Below, piece after piece: positions 25,490-38,147 of a stretch of DNA of 64,000 bases. Origin of the DNA: Octopus sinensis (lineage: Eukaryota); contig NC_042999.1 in NCBI RefSeq assembly GCF_006345805.1, forward strand, positions 150,164,001-150,228,000, read 5' to 3'. The first letter of the stretch is position 1. Every line of letters starts with the position of its first letter. The notes below the pieces were generated by a model, which was not told the origin of the DNA, made no database searches, and saw only the letters and a list, made by a program, of their open reading frames with translations. The position numbers and the translations under genes are program-made.

Positions 25490-25985
25490 ATATATATTAT
25501 ATTAAATTAGAGATAAAACCACTACTAGGCAAATCAAACAGTGAAAATCATAAGCCAATACATAGAAATAAAATTAATTAAAAAATATATAAAAAATATA
25601 ATATATAAAATATAAAAATCCAATTAAAATATTTAAATTAAAGTTAAAATTTTGAATTTTAAAAAATTATTTAAATTAATAATTTCAACTTATAAGTTAT
25701 AAATATATATATATTTTTATTATTATTTTATTTAATTATTTATTTATTTTATTTATATTTTTTATTTTTTATTTTTTTAAATTTAAAAAAAAATATATAT
25801 ATATATATATTAAAACAAAATAAAAAATGGAACAAGAAAGTAACTGGTGACAACAAAACATTCAGACAGTTAGACGATAAAAAAGGACAGGAATAAACAA
25901 GGACAGATCATTTGGGGCTTTCAATCTTCAGTTGAGTACCAGATCGTCTTACCAGTTTCGGCTGGTTACTCTCATCAGTTACTAT
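25490..25985 (-). mobile_element. Penelope-like terminal fragment with partial hammerhead core
   Basis: Minus strand 25978 to 25949 reads CTGATGA-GAGTAACCAGCC-GAAAC-TG-GTA; flanked by (TA)n. Confidence 0.5.
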
Positions 25986-26539
25986 ATATATGTGTGTGTG
26001 TGTTTGTTTGTTTATATATATACACTCATATATATATTGAGAGAGAGAGAGAGAGAGGAAAGAAGGGACACGTGTGTGTATGCGTACGAGCATGTGTGTG
26101 TACATGTCTGTGTGTGTACATGTCTGTGTGTGTGTATGTACATACATGTATGGGTTTGTGTGTATGTGTGTGTATTCTCGTGCATGTAGGCAATGCCATG
26201 TGGTTGAGATGTTTGCTTACCAACCACATGGTTTTAGATTTAGTTTCATTGCATGACACTGAGCAAGTATCTTCCACTGTAGCCCTAGGATGAAAAGCAA
26301 AGTTGACCTCGGCGGAATTTGAACTCAGAACATAAAGACAGATGAAATACTGCTAAGCATTTCACCCGGCATGCTAATGTTTCTGCCAGCTCGCCACCAA
26401 ACCTCCATGTTGTGATAAAAAAATGTTGGCTCTGCCATGCCATTGTGGAAGATATTATCCACATCATCAGCAGCTGCCCAAAAATGTTTATGAGATACTA
26501 ATGCCCCTGAGGTATAATATAGTTGCAAAAACTATTTAC

Positions 26540-26730
26540 AATGCTCATTATTTACATTATTTACATTATTTACATTTGACAGATATTTGTCCTGATCTTG
26601 TTTGCTAACACATTTCAGCTGATATACCCTCCAGCCTTCATCAAGTATTTTAGGGAAATTTCGAACCTGGGTTCTCATTCCTAAGGTACTTCTCGATGTT
26701 ATTATTATTATTATTATTATTATTATCATT
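26540..26730 (-). mobile_element. Penelope-like terminal fragment with CpG-decayed hammerhead core
   Basis: Minus strand 26645 to 26611 reads CTTGATGA-A-GGCTG-GAGGGTATAT-CAGCT-GAAA-TG. Confidence 0.55.
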
Positions 26731-27654
26731 ATTATTCAGTCGCTGCCTGGAATTGAACTCGGAATATTGGGGTTAGTAGCCTGTGCTCTTCACCACTCGC
26801 CCACGGGCATGTGGTGTAGTGGTTATGAGCGTGGGCTACTAACCCCAAGATTCTGTGTTTGATTTCAGGCAGTGATGATGATGATGATGATGATATGTGT
26901 GTGTGTGTGTGTAGATAGAAAGATGGATAAATATATTCGTGCTTTCAGCTATCGCTGTTGTTGCATGGCTGGTGATGGCAGTAATAGTACTATTGGTGCT
27001 TTCAATGACAATAACGTTTGTGACGTAAATCCTTGTGGTGGTAGCAGCAGCAGCAACAACAGCAGCAGCAGCAACAGCAATAGCAGCAGCAGCTATAACT
27101 GCAGCAGAAGCACTAAGTTGGCCCGAGGTCAGTCCTGTTGAGGCCTTAAATCAAAGACGTTCTAGCTATAACCAATAGAATACAATGGCCAAACACTGTA
27201 TCCAGAACAGCATAATCCCCTGTGTCCTTCCATTTTTTTTCTTTCTGAAATAGCAAGGTGTCATTCGAGGGAAATTTGGCTGATATTTCTACTTAGTGGA
27301 ACTATTACATAGATGCTATTTTTACTATATCAACATCACCACCAACTCCACCACCACAACCAGACCAGTCCCACAACCAACCCCACCAACCCCAATTGCA
27401 ACCTCAAGTACTGTTGTTGCTATTGTTTAACTCTGGCTCATCTTTGATCGAGCATATAGCTAAAAAGTTCTCTATGAATCTATGTGATTTCAGGTTTAAT
27501 CCACTGTGCAACACCTTGGATACAGTGTCTTCTAACCCAAGCTGGCATAGGCTAGACAATTTGACTGGGCTGGCATGCTGGAAGGCTGCATCAGACTCCA
27601 GTCTGATTTGGCATGGTCTTCTACAACTGGATGTCCTTCCTAATGCCAACCATT

Positions 27655-27964
27655 CAGCACAGCTCCCATGACTTTAGGAAACATTTTTACACGCTGAGAG
27701 TTGCTGAAGCATGGAACAAACTGCCAGCATCAGTTGTTAGTTGTCGGAGCACTGCATCCTTCAAAACTTCCATGCTTTCTGAGATTTGCCAACATTACAC
27801 CTGATTTTCTCCCCTCCATACACACACAAGCATGTATCTGACTCATACATTGTTCACTTTCCAGACATTTGTACATTACTGCATATACTTTATATGCACT
27901 TTCTGACAAGTTGTGGTGCACCTGAGCACTGTATACAATAATTTCATTATTATTATTATTATTC
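27655..27964 (+). mobile_element. CR1/L2 3' end nested inside an RTE 3'UTR copy (27520-28020, -)
   Basis: Host sequence GCCAACCATTC | CAAGAGTGTAATGG is split by the insert; ATTC occurs at both junctions; RKHFYTLRVAEAWNKLP. Confidence 0.85.
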
Positions 27965-28413
27965 CAAGAGTGTAATGGGTGCTTTTATATGCCACCAGCA
28001 CAGGTGCCATTTGTATGACACCAGATTGCATTTAAAAACTGCTTTAAAAACTGCTGGATGTTGATTTAAGGGAAAATTGATTGCTATATCTTTCAGGTCA
28101 ACTGACCACATAAAAGCTCCTTCATTGGCTCAGGGTGTTGGCATTGGTGACAATGGAGGTGGTTGGACGTAGTGGTGGGATTGGTGATGGTTGTGGAATT
28201 GGTGTGGTATTTGTGCTGGTGGCAAGGGTGAGGGGTTGTTGCTGGTGACGGTGGTGTGGATTGGTGATAGTGGTGGGTTAGGAGTGATAGTACTGGGTAG
28301 GGTGGGGAGGGTTGTAGGCGTTGATCATTTTATTATTGTTGTTGTTTAACCCCAGGCAAGCCCTGATCAAGTAGACTTATGGCGATAGTTATCCCAGCCA
28401 TGAGTATTCCCAC

Positions 28414-28595
28414 TCATTTTCCTCCATGCAGTAAACCCAAATCCATATGATTCAATGAGTCCCTTTTTTCAAGATAGCAGGGTATGATCTGAGGGTGATC
28501 TGGTGGCGGTTGTGGTATGAATGGCGGTGGTTGTGGTGGTGGTAATGGTGGGTAAGAAATTCGCATGTAATGCCGATACGGATAAGAATTTACAT
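28414..28595 (-). CDS. Putative Tyr/Pro-rich exon
   Basis: Acceptor CCCCTTTTTCTTTGCTTTTGAAAG; frame VNSYPYRHYMRISYPPLPPPQPPPFIPQPPPDHPQIIP...GGK*; phase 1 matches the donor at 34205. May be decayed (ACC)n repeat. Confidence 0.3.
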
Positions 28596-29065
28596 CTTTC
28601 AAAAGCAAAGAAAAAGGGGAAAATGAATAAATATCAGGTTGTCAGATAAATTCGTTCGGTTTTTGCATTTTTTTTTGTCTTGTTTATTTTAATCTTTTTT
28701 CAATGCAGTGTCATTTAAATTGATACAAAAAATATTTTAATCGTAGTGTTTTCTGGTTTCAGATTTAGTAGCTCTATTCTTCCTCTACAACTTTTGTTAA
28801 TCGTTTTTGAAATTTGAATAAATTTTACCTCCTTTTCATGTGTAAGACGATGATATATGCCAGGTAAAGCGGAAGAAAAAAAACGAATGAAATTATCTGA
28901 CAATCTAATAAATGAATGTAATTACAAGCAGAGAGAGTGAGAGAGAGATAAAGAGGGAGAGGGGGAGGGAGCGAGAGACAGACAGATAGAGACATAGGGA
29001 GAGAGAGAGAGAAGTAGTGTGAGGTGTATGCGTGAGCATGTGAAAGAGATAGATAGCTAGTTAGC

Positions 29066-29124
<59 letters not shown>

Positions 29125-30677
29125 AGATAGATAGAGAGAGAGAGAATTACATAGTTACTTTTGGTATATGATGCAACATTTATATTTTTATTGTATATTA
29201 GAAAGATAGGCTAATGGTATTCATCTTGTTCACTGCCGTTGGTTCATATATACGCTCACAGATCTAGGCGCTCACACTTGTAAACTTCCATACGTACGCA
29301 TATATACACTTATACGAATGCATGCACACACCCACACATACACACATGCTCCTACATGTACACATACATTATCAGACGTTTGACACATAAGGCCACATTA
29401 AAATATTAATGTATGTTAAATTATTGGATTCTGCTTAATCTTATTTATTTATTTATTGAGACACTTGGCCGGTGTATGTACACACATTTATACACACGCA
29501 AACACACACACATCCACATACATATATAATGTGTGTGTATGTTTGTATGTGTGTGTGTGTGTGTGTGCACGCGCGCGCGTGCGCATACATACAAATACAT
29601 ACACACTGAATCCATGAGGCCATCATAGTGAAAACGTCACCTTTCATGAGGTATATTTTCCTATCTATGAAGATGGTATGGGATACAAATATCACACACA
29701 CACATAAAAGATCAGGAATATAAGAGGTAACTATATATTTAGTTAACCACTGGTGGCACGTAAAAGGCACCAACCGATCGTTGACGCTGTCAGCCTCCCC
29801 TGGCACGTAAAAAGCACCCACTACACTCACAGAGAGGTTGGTGTTAGGAAGGGCATCCAGCTGTAGAAACACTGCCAGATCAAACTGGAGCCTGGTGCAG
29901 CCTCCTGGCTTCCCAGACCCCAGTCGAACTGTCCAACCCATGCTAGCATGGAAAACAGACGTTAAACGATGATGATGATGACTTCTGTAGGGTTACTTCT
30001 GTTTCACAGCCATTTATCATGTATAGTTTCAGTATTGAAGAAATTATGCATCTATTTTTGCATTAATATGTAGGCTTGGCCTTATACAATACACTCGTGT
30101 ATTCACAAATTAATGCAATGAAAGCAAGCTCATTAGATCACTGGCATTTTATACATCAACAATATAACTAAAAGCTATGATCTGTTGCGCTAGCTTTCTT
30201 TACCTGCTCCTGCGTATTTCGCAGATAAAGACTCCTTTTGCTCATGAATGACCATGGGATTGCACCAAGAAATTTCCCTTCTGAGGCACAAATCCAGGCA
30301 GGGTTGTTTATAGAAGACCAGCAGTCACCCATGCATATCAGCCACCTCTTTCCATGTCACTGATGTTATCCAAGGGAATGGCAAAGGCTGACACAGCTTG
30401 GTACCAGTGACATCACCACCCATTTCTACAACTGAGTGAACTGGAGCAACATGAAATACAGTGGCTTGCTCAAGAACACAACACAGCCACTAGGTCCAGG
30501 AATTGAACTCACTTCCCCATGACTGTGAGCCTGATGCTCTAACCACTGAGCCATTACTCAGAATCAGCATGATATAGTGGGTGATGAAGCTGTACCATTT
30601 GAATTACAGGTACAATTCACCTGGCCAGCTTCTATACAGTCTCCATGTACTTGATTTCACCCACAAAGTGATAATCT

Positions 30678-30979
30678 CAGTGGAGGCACATGGCCTAGTA
30701 GTTAGAGCAGTGGACTCGCGGTCGAGGGATCGCGGGTTCAAATCTCAGACCGGGCTATGTGTGTGTTTATGAGTGAAACACCTAAGCTCCATGTGGCTCT
30801 GGCAGAAGGTAATGGCGAACTTCTGCTGACTCTTTCGCCACAACTTTCTCTCACTCTTTCCTCCTGCATCTAGCAGCTCACCTGCAACGGACTGGCGTCC
30901 CATCCAGGTGGGGAACCTATACGCCAAGGGAACTGGGAAAACCGGCCCTTATGAGCCAGGCTGGGCTTAAGAAGGAATA
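30678..30979 (+). mobile_element. tRNA-derived SINE with V-domain-like core, full length with 15-bp TSD
   Basis: A-box TGGCCTAGTAGTTAG, B-box GGTTCAAATC; CCTGCAACGGACTGGCGTCCCATCCAGG resembles the V-SINE domain; TSD ACAAAGTGATAATCT at 30663-30677 and 30980-30994. Confidence 0.85.
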
Positions 30980-32108
30980 ACAAAGTGATAATCTGAGGCT
31001 ATAGAAGATGACTCTTGCTTAAGATGCTACGCAGTGGGATTGAAAGCAGGTTCTTGTGGTTGAGAAGCTGACTTCTTAACAGTTCAGCTATACTGTACCT
31101 ACAATCTTGAAACCAGAAGGGTCACTTGGACAGTGCAGTCCTGGATATGCAACAAGATGGAATGGTCAAATCATAGATCTGCTCAATGAAGCTGAGCTGG
31201 GAATTAGTAACAACTTTCTAGGAATAGCAGCCAAATCTCCCTCAAATTACATTTTGGTGTCTTTAAAGAAAAAGAACACATTTAAAAAATAGTTTTAGGT
31301 TGACTATATCTTATAAAAAGTCACGATAGTCACAGTTGAAATATCTTCACTCATAGGTTCTCAACCACAGTTGACCTAGGGCTAAACTAATAGCTTATAT
31401 TGTATCACAAAATATATAGGTCCAGTGCTTTATAAAGGCACAGCAGATATATATTTTGTGGTACAATCAATTTGCATTGTAAGATCTAGTGTATGTTTAC
31501 CAAGTTGCATATTAATTCATTTACAACCTATCAACACAAGTGCCATCCCAGCACCTCAATTAACCAATCATCATCATCCTCATCATCATCATCATCATTT
31601 AACGTCCGTTTTCCATGCTGGCATGGGTTGGACAGTTTGACTGAGGACTGGCAAGCTAGTAGGCTGTACCAGACTCCAGTCTGATCTAGCAAGGTTTCTA
31701 TAGCTGGATGCCCTTCATAACACCAACCACTCCAATAGTGAAGTGGGTGTTTTTCACATGCCACCGGTATGGGAGCCAGTCAGGTGGCTCTGGCATCAAC
31801 CATGTTCTGATGGTGCTTTTTACATTCCACTGGCACGGGAGCTAATTGGGGGGCACTGGCTTCGACCCCTTTCGGAAGATGCTTTTTACATTTCAAACAA
31901 ATGCACCAATATACAAATGAACAAAACTCTTGCTTGTTACTCATTGCCCCCTCCATAAGCAGTGGCAAGTCACAGTCTATCTTGAAAAAATAAAACAAAG
32001 CAGACATTTCTGATGAGCTGGCAACAACCAGGTGAAACTTATCAGGCTGTTCATCAGTTCATTCTTAAAAGTGTACTCTGTGGTCCGACCAGTATTAATT
32101 TTCACAAC

Positions 32109-32510
32109 AGTGGCTGTGTGGTAAGTAGCTTGTTTACCAACCACATGGTTCCGGGTTCAGTCCCACTGCGTAGCACCTTGGGCAAGTGTCTTCTACTATA
32201 GCCTCGGGCCGACCAAAGCCTTGTGAGTGGATTTGGTAGAGGGAAACTGAAAGAAGCCCGTCGTATATATGTATATATATATATATATGCATGTGTGTGT
32301 TTGTGTGTCTGTGTTTGTCCCCCTAGCATTGCTTGACAACCGATGCTGGTGTGTTTATGTCCCCGTAACTTAGCGGTTCGGCAAAAGAGACCGATAGAAT
32401 AAGTACTGGGCTTACAAAAGAATAAGTCCCGGGGTCGAGTTGCTCGATTAAAGGCGGTGCTCTATCATGGCCGCAGTCAAATGACTGAAACAAGTAAAAG
32501 AGTAAAAGAG
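32109..32510 (+). mobile_element. CORE-SINE, full length
   Basis: Matches 55562-55978. Confidence 0.88.
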
Positions 32511-32784
32511 ACAGAGTTATGTTCACCAAATAAGTATGCTTGACCTGTCAGAAATGGCAGCTAATTTTTATGTATAAAAATCTGTTAACTGATTGGTGGG
32601 GTTGGATAGGTTACACTTTGCTGATGAGATCTAATAGATTGAAACATGTCCATAGTTGATCCTTCCCTGCAAACATGGGCCAGGCTTTCCTTTCTCTTAG
32701 CACATAAATTAACTGTGCGATAGTTTTGAATTTCTTTAAATTATTTCCCTTTTTCTTTGCGTGTCACCAACAATTGACTCTAAG

Positions 32785-32934
32785 CATGGCCGGCTTCAAG
32801 GTACCGGCAACTCTAGCAGTCGCCCGGAGCGCCATGGAAGGCGTGACAAAGACAAGGAAATTTCCACGACCGTCAGCTTGTACGCGCTTAAGTTCAGCTA
32901 GCTTGGGGCACCAGCAACCCAAGGGTCGACCCTG
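32785..32934. mobile_element. hAT-type MITE
   Basis: Termini CATGGCCGGC / GGGTCGACCCTG; 8-bp TSD ACTCTAAG / ACTCTAGG; CpG-rich. Confidence 0.7.
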
Positions 32935-34205
32935 ACTCTAGGTTTTTGTTTTCTTTCTCCAACTAAATGGAGGAATTTTAATTAATTAAACATTTAAATT
33001 TTGAATGTAAATTTTAATTAATAAAACACTGAGTACAGAACTCAGCACAACACGCTATGAATGATTAACCGAGTCATAACAATGTTATTGTTGTTGTTTA
33101 ACTCTTGTTCTGCTCTGATTTAGCAGATCGATGGTTTTCGGACTAAATCTAGAGCTATATTATCTGTGTTAGTAAAATGTGATTTGTCGTGATTCAGCTG
33201 CTATTTTTAACAGATCAAGTGTCCGTTCAGATGCTATTTAGTTTTTCTTGTTTTGTTTTGTCCAGAAATATCTTAATTGTTTTACATAATAGCAATGTCT
33301 CTTAACCGTTCGTTTCCACACTTTAAATGTGAAAAAATACCAAGCGAAATAATTATAATGTAGCCTGTGTGATAAAAATGATCCCTGTGAAAATCAGAGC
33401 ATAGAATTAGGAGTATCATTCATGATTAATAATTTACCAGCTGTATCTAATACAAGTCAAATTAACAGAGTGACGTCCTTAGTTTTTGTTTTCAGCGGGA
33501 GTTTAAATATACGGAAGATAGGTTCCCATGTTTAGTCCCAAATAAGTCCTCATCGAGTAGATCTATTATCAAAAACATTCTATGACCAACCTGATTTTTT
33601 CCTCCCTAGAGATAGCATTTCTCGCACTATGTTAACCAATGTGCCCTTCCGTCCTTAAGACGATCGAGTATGATTTGAGGGATATTTGGCTGTTATTTCT
33701 ACGAGGGTGAGTGACCATGTTGAGGCTCTCTCCGTTGCATTTCTTGACAGGATACTTTGTTATAATGTCCATCTAGCTGGGCGGAATAATTAACAAAATT
33801 TCTGGGAAAATGTTTTTTTAAGGACTGATTACACATTACTACTCGCTCCTGGTTACATAAGATCAATTTATTCATCTTGGAGACATCGAATGTTTTTTTA
33901 CTCTTTCAATGAATAAATATTGAATTAGTCTCATAATAACAACCGTGACATTTTATGATACTGTATGTATTTTTTCCTCGGCTTTCAAGTGACAACTAAT
34001 AGTTAAATAATATTTGCTAATACAGAAGTAACATCAATAAATATTCTGCTGCATATTTATCTAAAATATATAATAATAATAATAATTAAAGTCTATGAGG
34101 AATTAGAGAACGGTTTTTCTTTTTTTTTTCCCCGACAGCAACATCTGTTCCACCGTCTGATTTGCTATGCAACAGGCAGCACCAGTAGCAGAACAGCACC
34201 CTCAC

Positions 34206-34308
34206 AGAACCGATACCAATTATAATAGTCTTCAGTGATATCGGATTGTCTTGCTTCTGCTTCCTCTACTTCTTTCTTTTTCTTCCACTTCATACATCTC
34301 CCTGTCAT
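34206..34308 (-). CDS. Putative first coding exon of a minus-strand gene
   Basis: ATG at 34308 (or 34293); MTGRCMKWKKKKEVEEAEARQSDITEDYYNWYRF; donor T|GTGAGG; lies within the CpG-retaining region. Confidence 0.3.
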
Positions 34309-34319
34309 TCAAACTCACA

Positions 34320-34750
34320 ACATACATTTTTCTTCGTGCCTGCTTGAACTTATTTCATCGCTTTTTCGGTCTTTTGACTAAGATCGAAGTGTATAATATA
34401 TATTTTTGACCAGTTTCTATTAGATTCTCGCATCTTCTGCAAAAGCATCAGACGAGGAAACTAACGGCTAAATTTGCGTCATTTTTCTCCTCGACCTGTT
34501 AAAGGAACTTTATATTACAGCAGTCTAAATAGGAACCATTGAAGAAGGAGAAACCGTCTACCTGCTAACCTATTCATCTAACGAAACCAACTTATCTACT
34601 TCTATCAAAAACGTACGTAAATCTATTATTATTTTATTCTAATACGTCGCAAAGAGACATCCACTAGTTCTTTCATTGTTTCCAGGTAAGCTAAGATTCT
34701 TGTGCGATGGCTTCCTCTTTTCAGTGACGTCGTTAAAATTAATTAAATCA
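34320..34750. promoter_or_regulatory. Candidate (divergent) promoter region
   Basis: High local CpG density, no recognisable repeats; bZIP-type motifs TTTGCGTCAT (about 34473) and GTGACGTCG (about 34725); strong plus-strand donor CAG|GTAAGC at 34685/34686. Confidence 0.45.
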
Positions 34751-35975
34751 CAATTATTTCTTCGAATTTTTTCACTTTCTTTTGTTTGGTGTTCGGTGCG
34801 TATTCTTTTGTTTTTAAAATGTTTCTTTGCATTGCACAGCATAAATATCCAGGAAATGATATTAAAAAGATAACAACCATCACGCCTTTATGATAATGTA
34901 ATTTGTGCGTGTGTGTGTGTCTGTGTCGGTTTGTGTATAACAACATATACGCACTTGTTACCTTTACTCTTATTTTCATAATTTCGTTAATTTTTCTTCG
35001 AACACGATCTATTGTGCTTGTGTATGTATGTGTAAGGAGATTAATGAAAACAACAAACAACATAAGCAAATATATATGTGGGCAGTCGTTGCAACAGAAT
35101 TACTGAGATGAATTAGTAAAGTTAATTACAGTATAAAAGTGGCAAATACCCAGAGGATAAAGCGGATAATCTATTAAGTGAGCTGTTTGTTACTGGATTT
35201 CCAATCCCTGTTGAAGTAATTTCACTTCATTTCACATCTCCGTTTAACCTAAATCATCGAATTTCTTATTTTCATGTAAAATAACAAACAAACAATAAAG
35301 AAATCCAAGGTGCCTGGCCTAGCAATATATGTAGAATATTAGAAGTTACATATTTCCTAGTATGTGTATGTGATGTTAGCTCTTGTCTGTTCTACAAATT
35401 ATTCTTCGTTTGTTGGTGAAAGCAGATTATTATGTATTTCGAAAGCGTACTCTTCCTTTTTAGTTTTCTTTTTTGAGTGAAAGCAAAAGTATCTTGGACT
35501 ATTTGTTGGTTTGGTGTATATGTGTATGTCTAATAGATTCTATTCGTGTCTGTAAGTGATGTGTCCTTGTTGTCAAGCGAGCACATAATTTTGTCTGAGT
35601 GTATATGCACCTTTGTTTGTGTGTGTAAATATTTTTTGGTGTCCTGTACCCATATATGCATGTATATATACATATAGGTGTAGGTACGTACATATATGTA
35701 TGTATATATGCATATGTTTTATTTATTATTTTGTTATATATATATATGTATATATATTGTAATGCACCTGAGCACTGAATACAATAAGCTCATTATACAC
35801 ACATGCACGTGTGTGGGTGTGTGTAAAATGAGCTTACAAGTGCCTAGGAGCATTAACACACACAAGTATAAATCTATTTAGACATACCTGTTATGTGCTT
35901 ATTTATATATATATATGTACAATAAATGGTGTGTGTGTTGACGTGAAATGAGTTTTACATTTGGTTTTATAGCTT

Positions 35976-36140
35976 ATAAGGTCGGGTCTTATAGGTCTTA
36001 GGCTCACGCTTATTGCGTTGTATATAATAGATAAGGTCGGGTCTTATAGGTCTTAGGCTCACGCTTATTGCATTGTATATAATAGATAAGGTCGGGTCTT
36101 ATAGGTCTTAGGCTCACGCTTATTGCGTTGTATATAATAG
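35976..36140. repeat. 55-bp tandem repeat, 3 copies
   Basis: ATAAGGTCGGGTCTTATAGGTCTTAGGCTCACGCTTATTGCGTTGTATATAATAG at 35976, 36031 and 36086, with one substitution. Confidence 0.97.
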
Positions 36141-36901
36141 ATCTTAGCCCACATCATAGCCCACGACATAACTTAGATGTCAGTACAAGTGGATGTTTGT
36201 CTTGTCAGGTCTATATGATCAGAGTTTAGGCATAGTATACCAAAGGCAACATTATTCAATATGCCATTAAAAAAAGCTAGTCTGAATTAAGGAAGATTTT
36301 ATTGCTATTACTTGTATGTCGAATAATTACGTAGAGGTCTCCTCATTGACAAGTTTAAATTGGGTTGTCTGGGAGTGTTGCCTGTGGTAGTCTGACGTCC
36401 TGTCCAGGAGATGTATATTCTACTTAACGTATGAAACTTCTCCCTCGTTGATTATGTAAATGTCATGGTGTGCGTCTATGTTTTATGCAGTCATCTTTGA
36501 GTATATGGTTCCGCTTTCACATTGTCAGGCTTTTTATCGAGATAAATTTCGTTTGACAGCTGGTGACCCAGGGCTAACAACTACTTAAATACTGGTGTCT
36601 TTCTGAGGACCAGGGCAGCTTTTCACACACATATATGGTGCCATGCATAAGACCATCGCTCCTGGTTCGTAGTCACAGTCACCCGGCTTGTAAAAAATAT
36701 AATATCTACAAAAAGAACTGGATAATTCTTCGGTTTAATGCTAAATCTTTATTATTATAACTCGACATTAGAACAAAATTTTGTGGCCGTGTGATTGAGA
36801 AGACTGGCTTCCAAGTATGTGGTCTTGGGTTCAATCCTACTGCGCGGCAATTTGGGCATATGTCTTCTACTATAGCCCTGGGCCGACTAAAATATACATA
36901 C

Positions 36902-36940
<39 letters not shown>

Positions 36941-37472
36941 AATGTTTAGTTCTTAACTAATTCGAAGAGATGAAGCAAAATGTTACACAGAAGAATCACA
37001 AATACCAAAAAATAATTCTAAAATAATTAATACACAGAAAATGCTTGTCAAAGTGAAAGTGGTACCATGCACTCGTGGGTTATTATTTATATGTATAAAC
37101 ACTTCCATGTTAATATATGTGACCGTATTTGAGTGTTGGGGTGAAATTTAATGGGAGTAAAGGCCGGCCGCTTTATGTGAACGTATGTGCGTAATGTCAT
37201 TTGCGTTGGTCGTCTGAAATCAACGCCGTCAGCTACTTAAAGTTTCCATACTTGAAAAATTGCCTGCTTCGTCGTCAGAAGGCCATATGTGTGTGTAGGT
37301 ATGTGTGTATTTATGTAAATGTAGGTGTGTGTAATATGTGTCATAAATCTTATCCCACATATCACTTGAATTGTATCCATATTTAAGTTTATTAATAGAT
37401 TGTACAATGACAACTTGTGATTATTCTGTCCTTAGGGATGTGAATACCATTTTGGAGAGAGAGACTTGCGAA

Positions 37473-37586
37473 GCGGAAGTTACCAGACACTATTCCTACA
37501 TTATAATACTTCTTGTGTTTGTCTCTTTCACTTAGTCCACTTCTTTGTTCTTCCTCAGCTTGATGGAGAGGAACCAAAAGATGGTG
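37473..37586 (+). promoter_or_regulatory. ETS-like site and possible first or short exon of a plus-strand gene
   Basis: GCGGAAGT at 37473-37480; ATG at 37563 gives MERNQKMV before the donor GTG|GTAACG. Confidence 0.3.
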
Positions 37587-38057
37587 GTAACGTTAAAAAC
37601 AATTTAGTGAGACATGAAATCGTCTTATATTAAAATATTTCTTAAATGATTACTGGAGAACGATTTAATTGAAAGAAAAATGTAAACTAATACAGGAAAT
37701 TATAAATCTTAAATAATTAGTGCAGAAAATTTCTGCCAAGATCTGACTTCTGGGTCAGTACATACTGTTGCATTTGAGGTTGAAGGTTTGGCTGCTTTTT
37801 GTTATCTTTAAAGAGGGAAGTATTTTTTAATTCCTCAAGAAGTGAAAAAAAATGAGTTAATCCCGTCTAGGACTACAGAGATTTGTTGAGTGAATGCTTA
37901 TCTGTTTTCATCATGAGATATCTTGAGATATCTCAATGCTTATTTCATTAAGCAGGGAGGTAATAAATCTCTCGGTCTGAACAGGGTGCTGGTATAAATT
38001 AAAAAACAAAAAAACATTTCACAGGTGTGCTTCCACCCCTCTTCTTCCACAGTGTAG

Positions 38058-38147
38058 GAATGGATAAGAAACACACCTGTCTTGAAATGTAACAAAACAA
38101 TTAGAGAAGAAAAAAAATCTGTGTTTATGTATGATATAAGAAGGAAG
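38058..38147 (+). CDS. Possible phase-0 exon (EWIRNTPVLKCNKTIREEKKSVFMYDIRRK)
   Basis: Pyrimidine tract with tandem AGs (38051-52, 38056-57), open frame and donor AAG|GTCAGT. Confidence 0.25.

Noticed and set aside
26805-26875. tRNA gene (anticodon-like loop CT-ACT-AA)
   Set aside because: No complete acceptor stem and a degenerate B-box; it behaves as a SINE-type head. The same applies to the other tRNA-like heads.
28414-28416. Selenocysteine readthrough at the TGA overlapped by an ATGAGT/ACTCAT hairpin
   Set aside because: No SECIS seen, and the sequence after the stop is a dispersed repeat.
32726-32935. GC-rich 69-aa ORF as a host exon
   Set aside because: It coincides with a hAT-type MITE that has TIRs and an 8-bp TSD.
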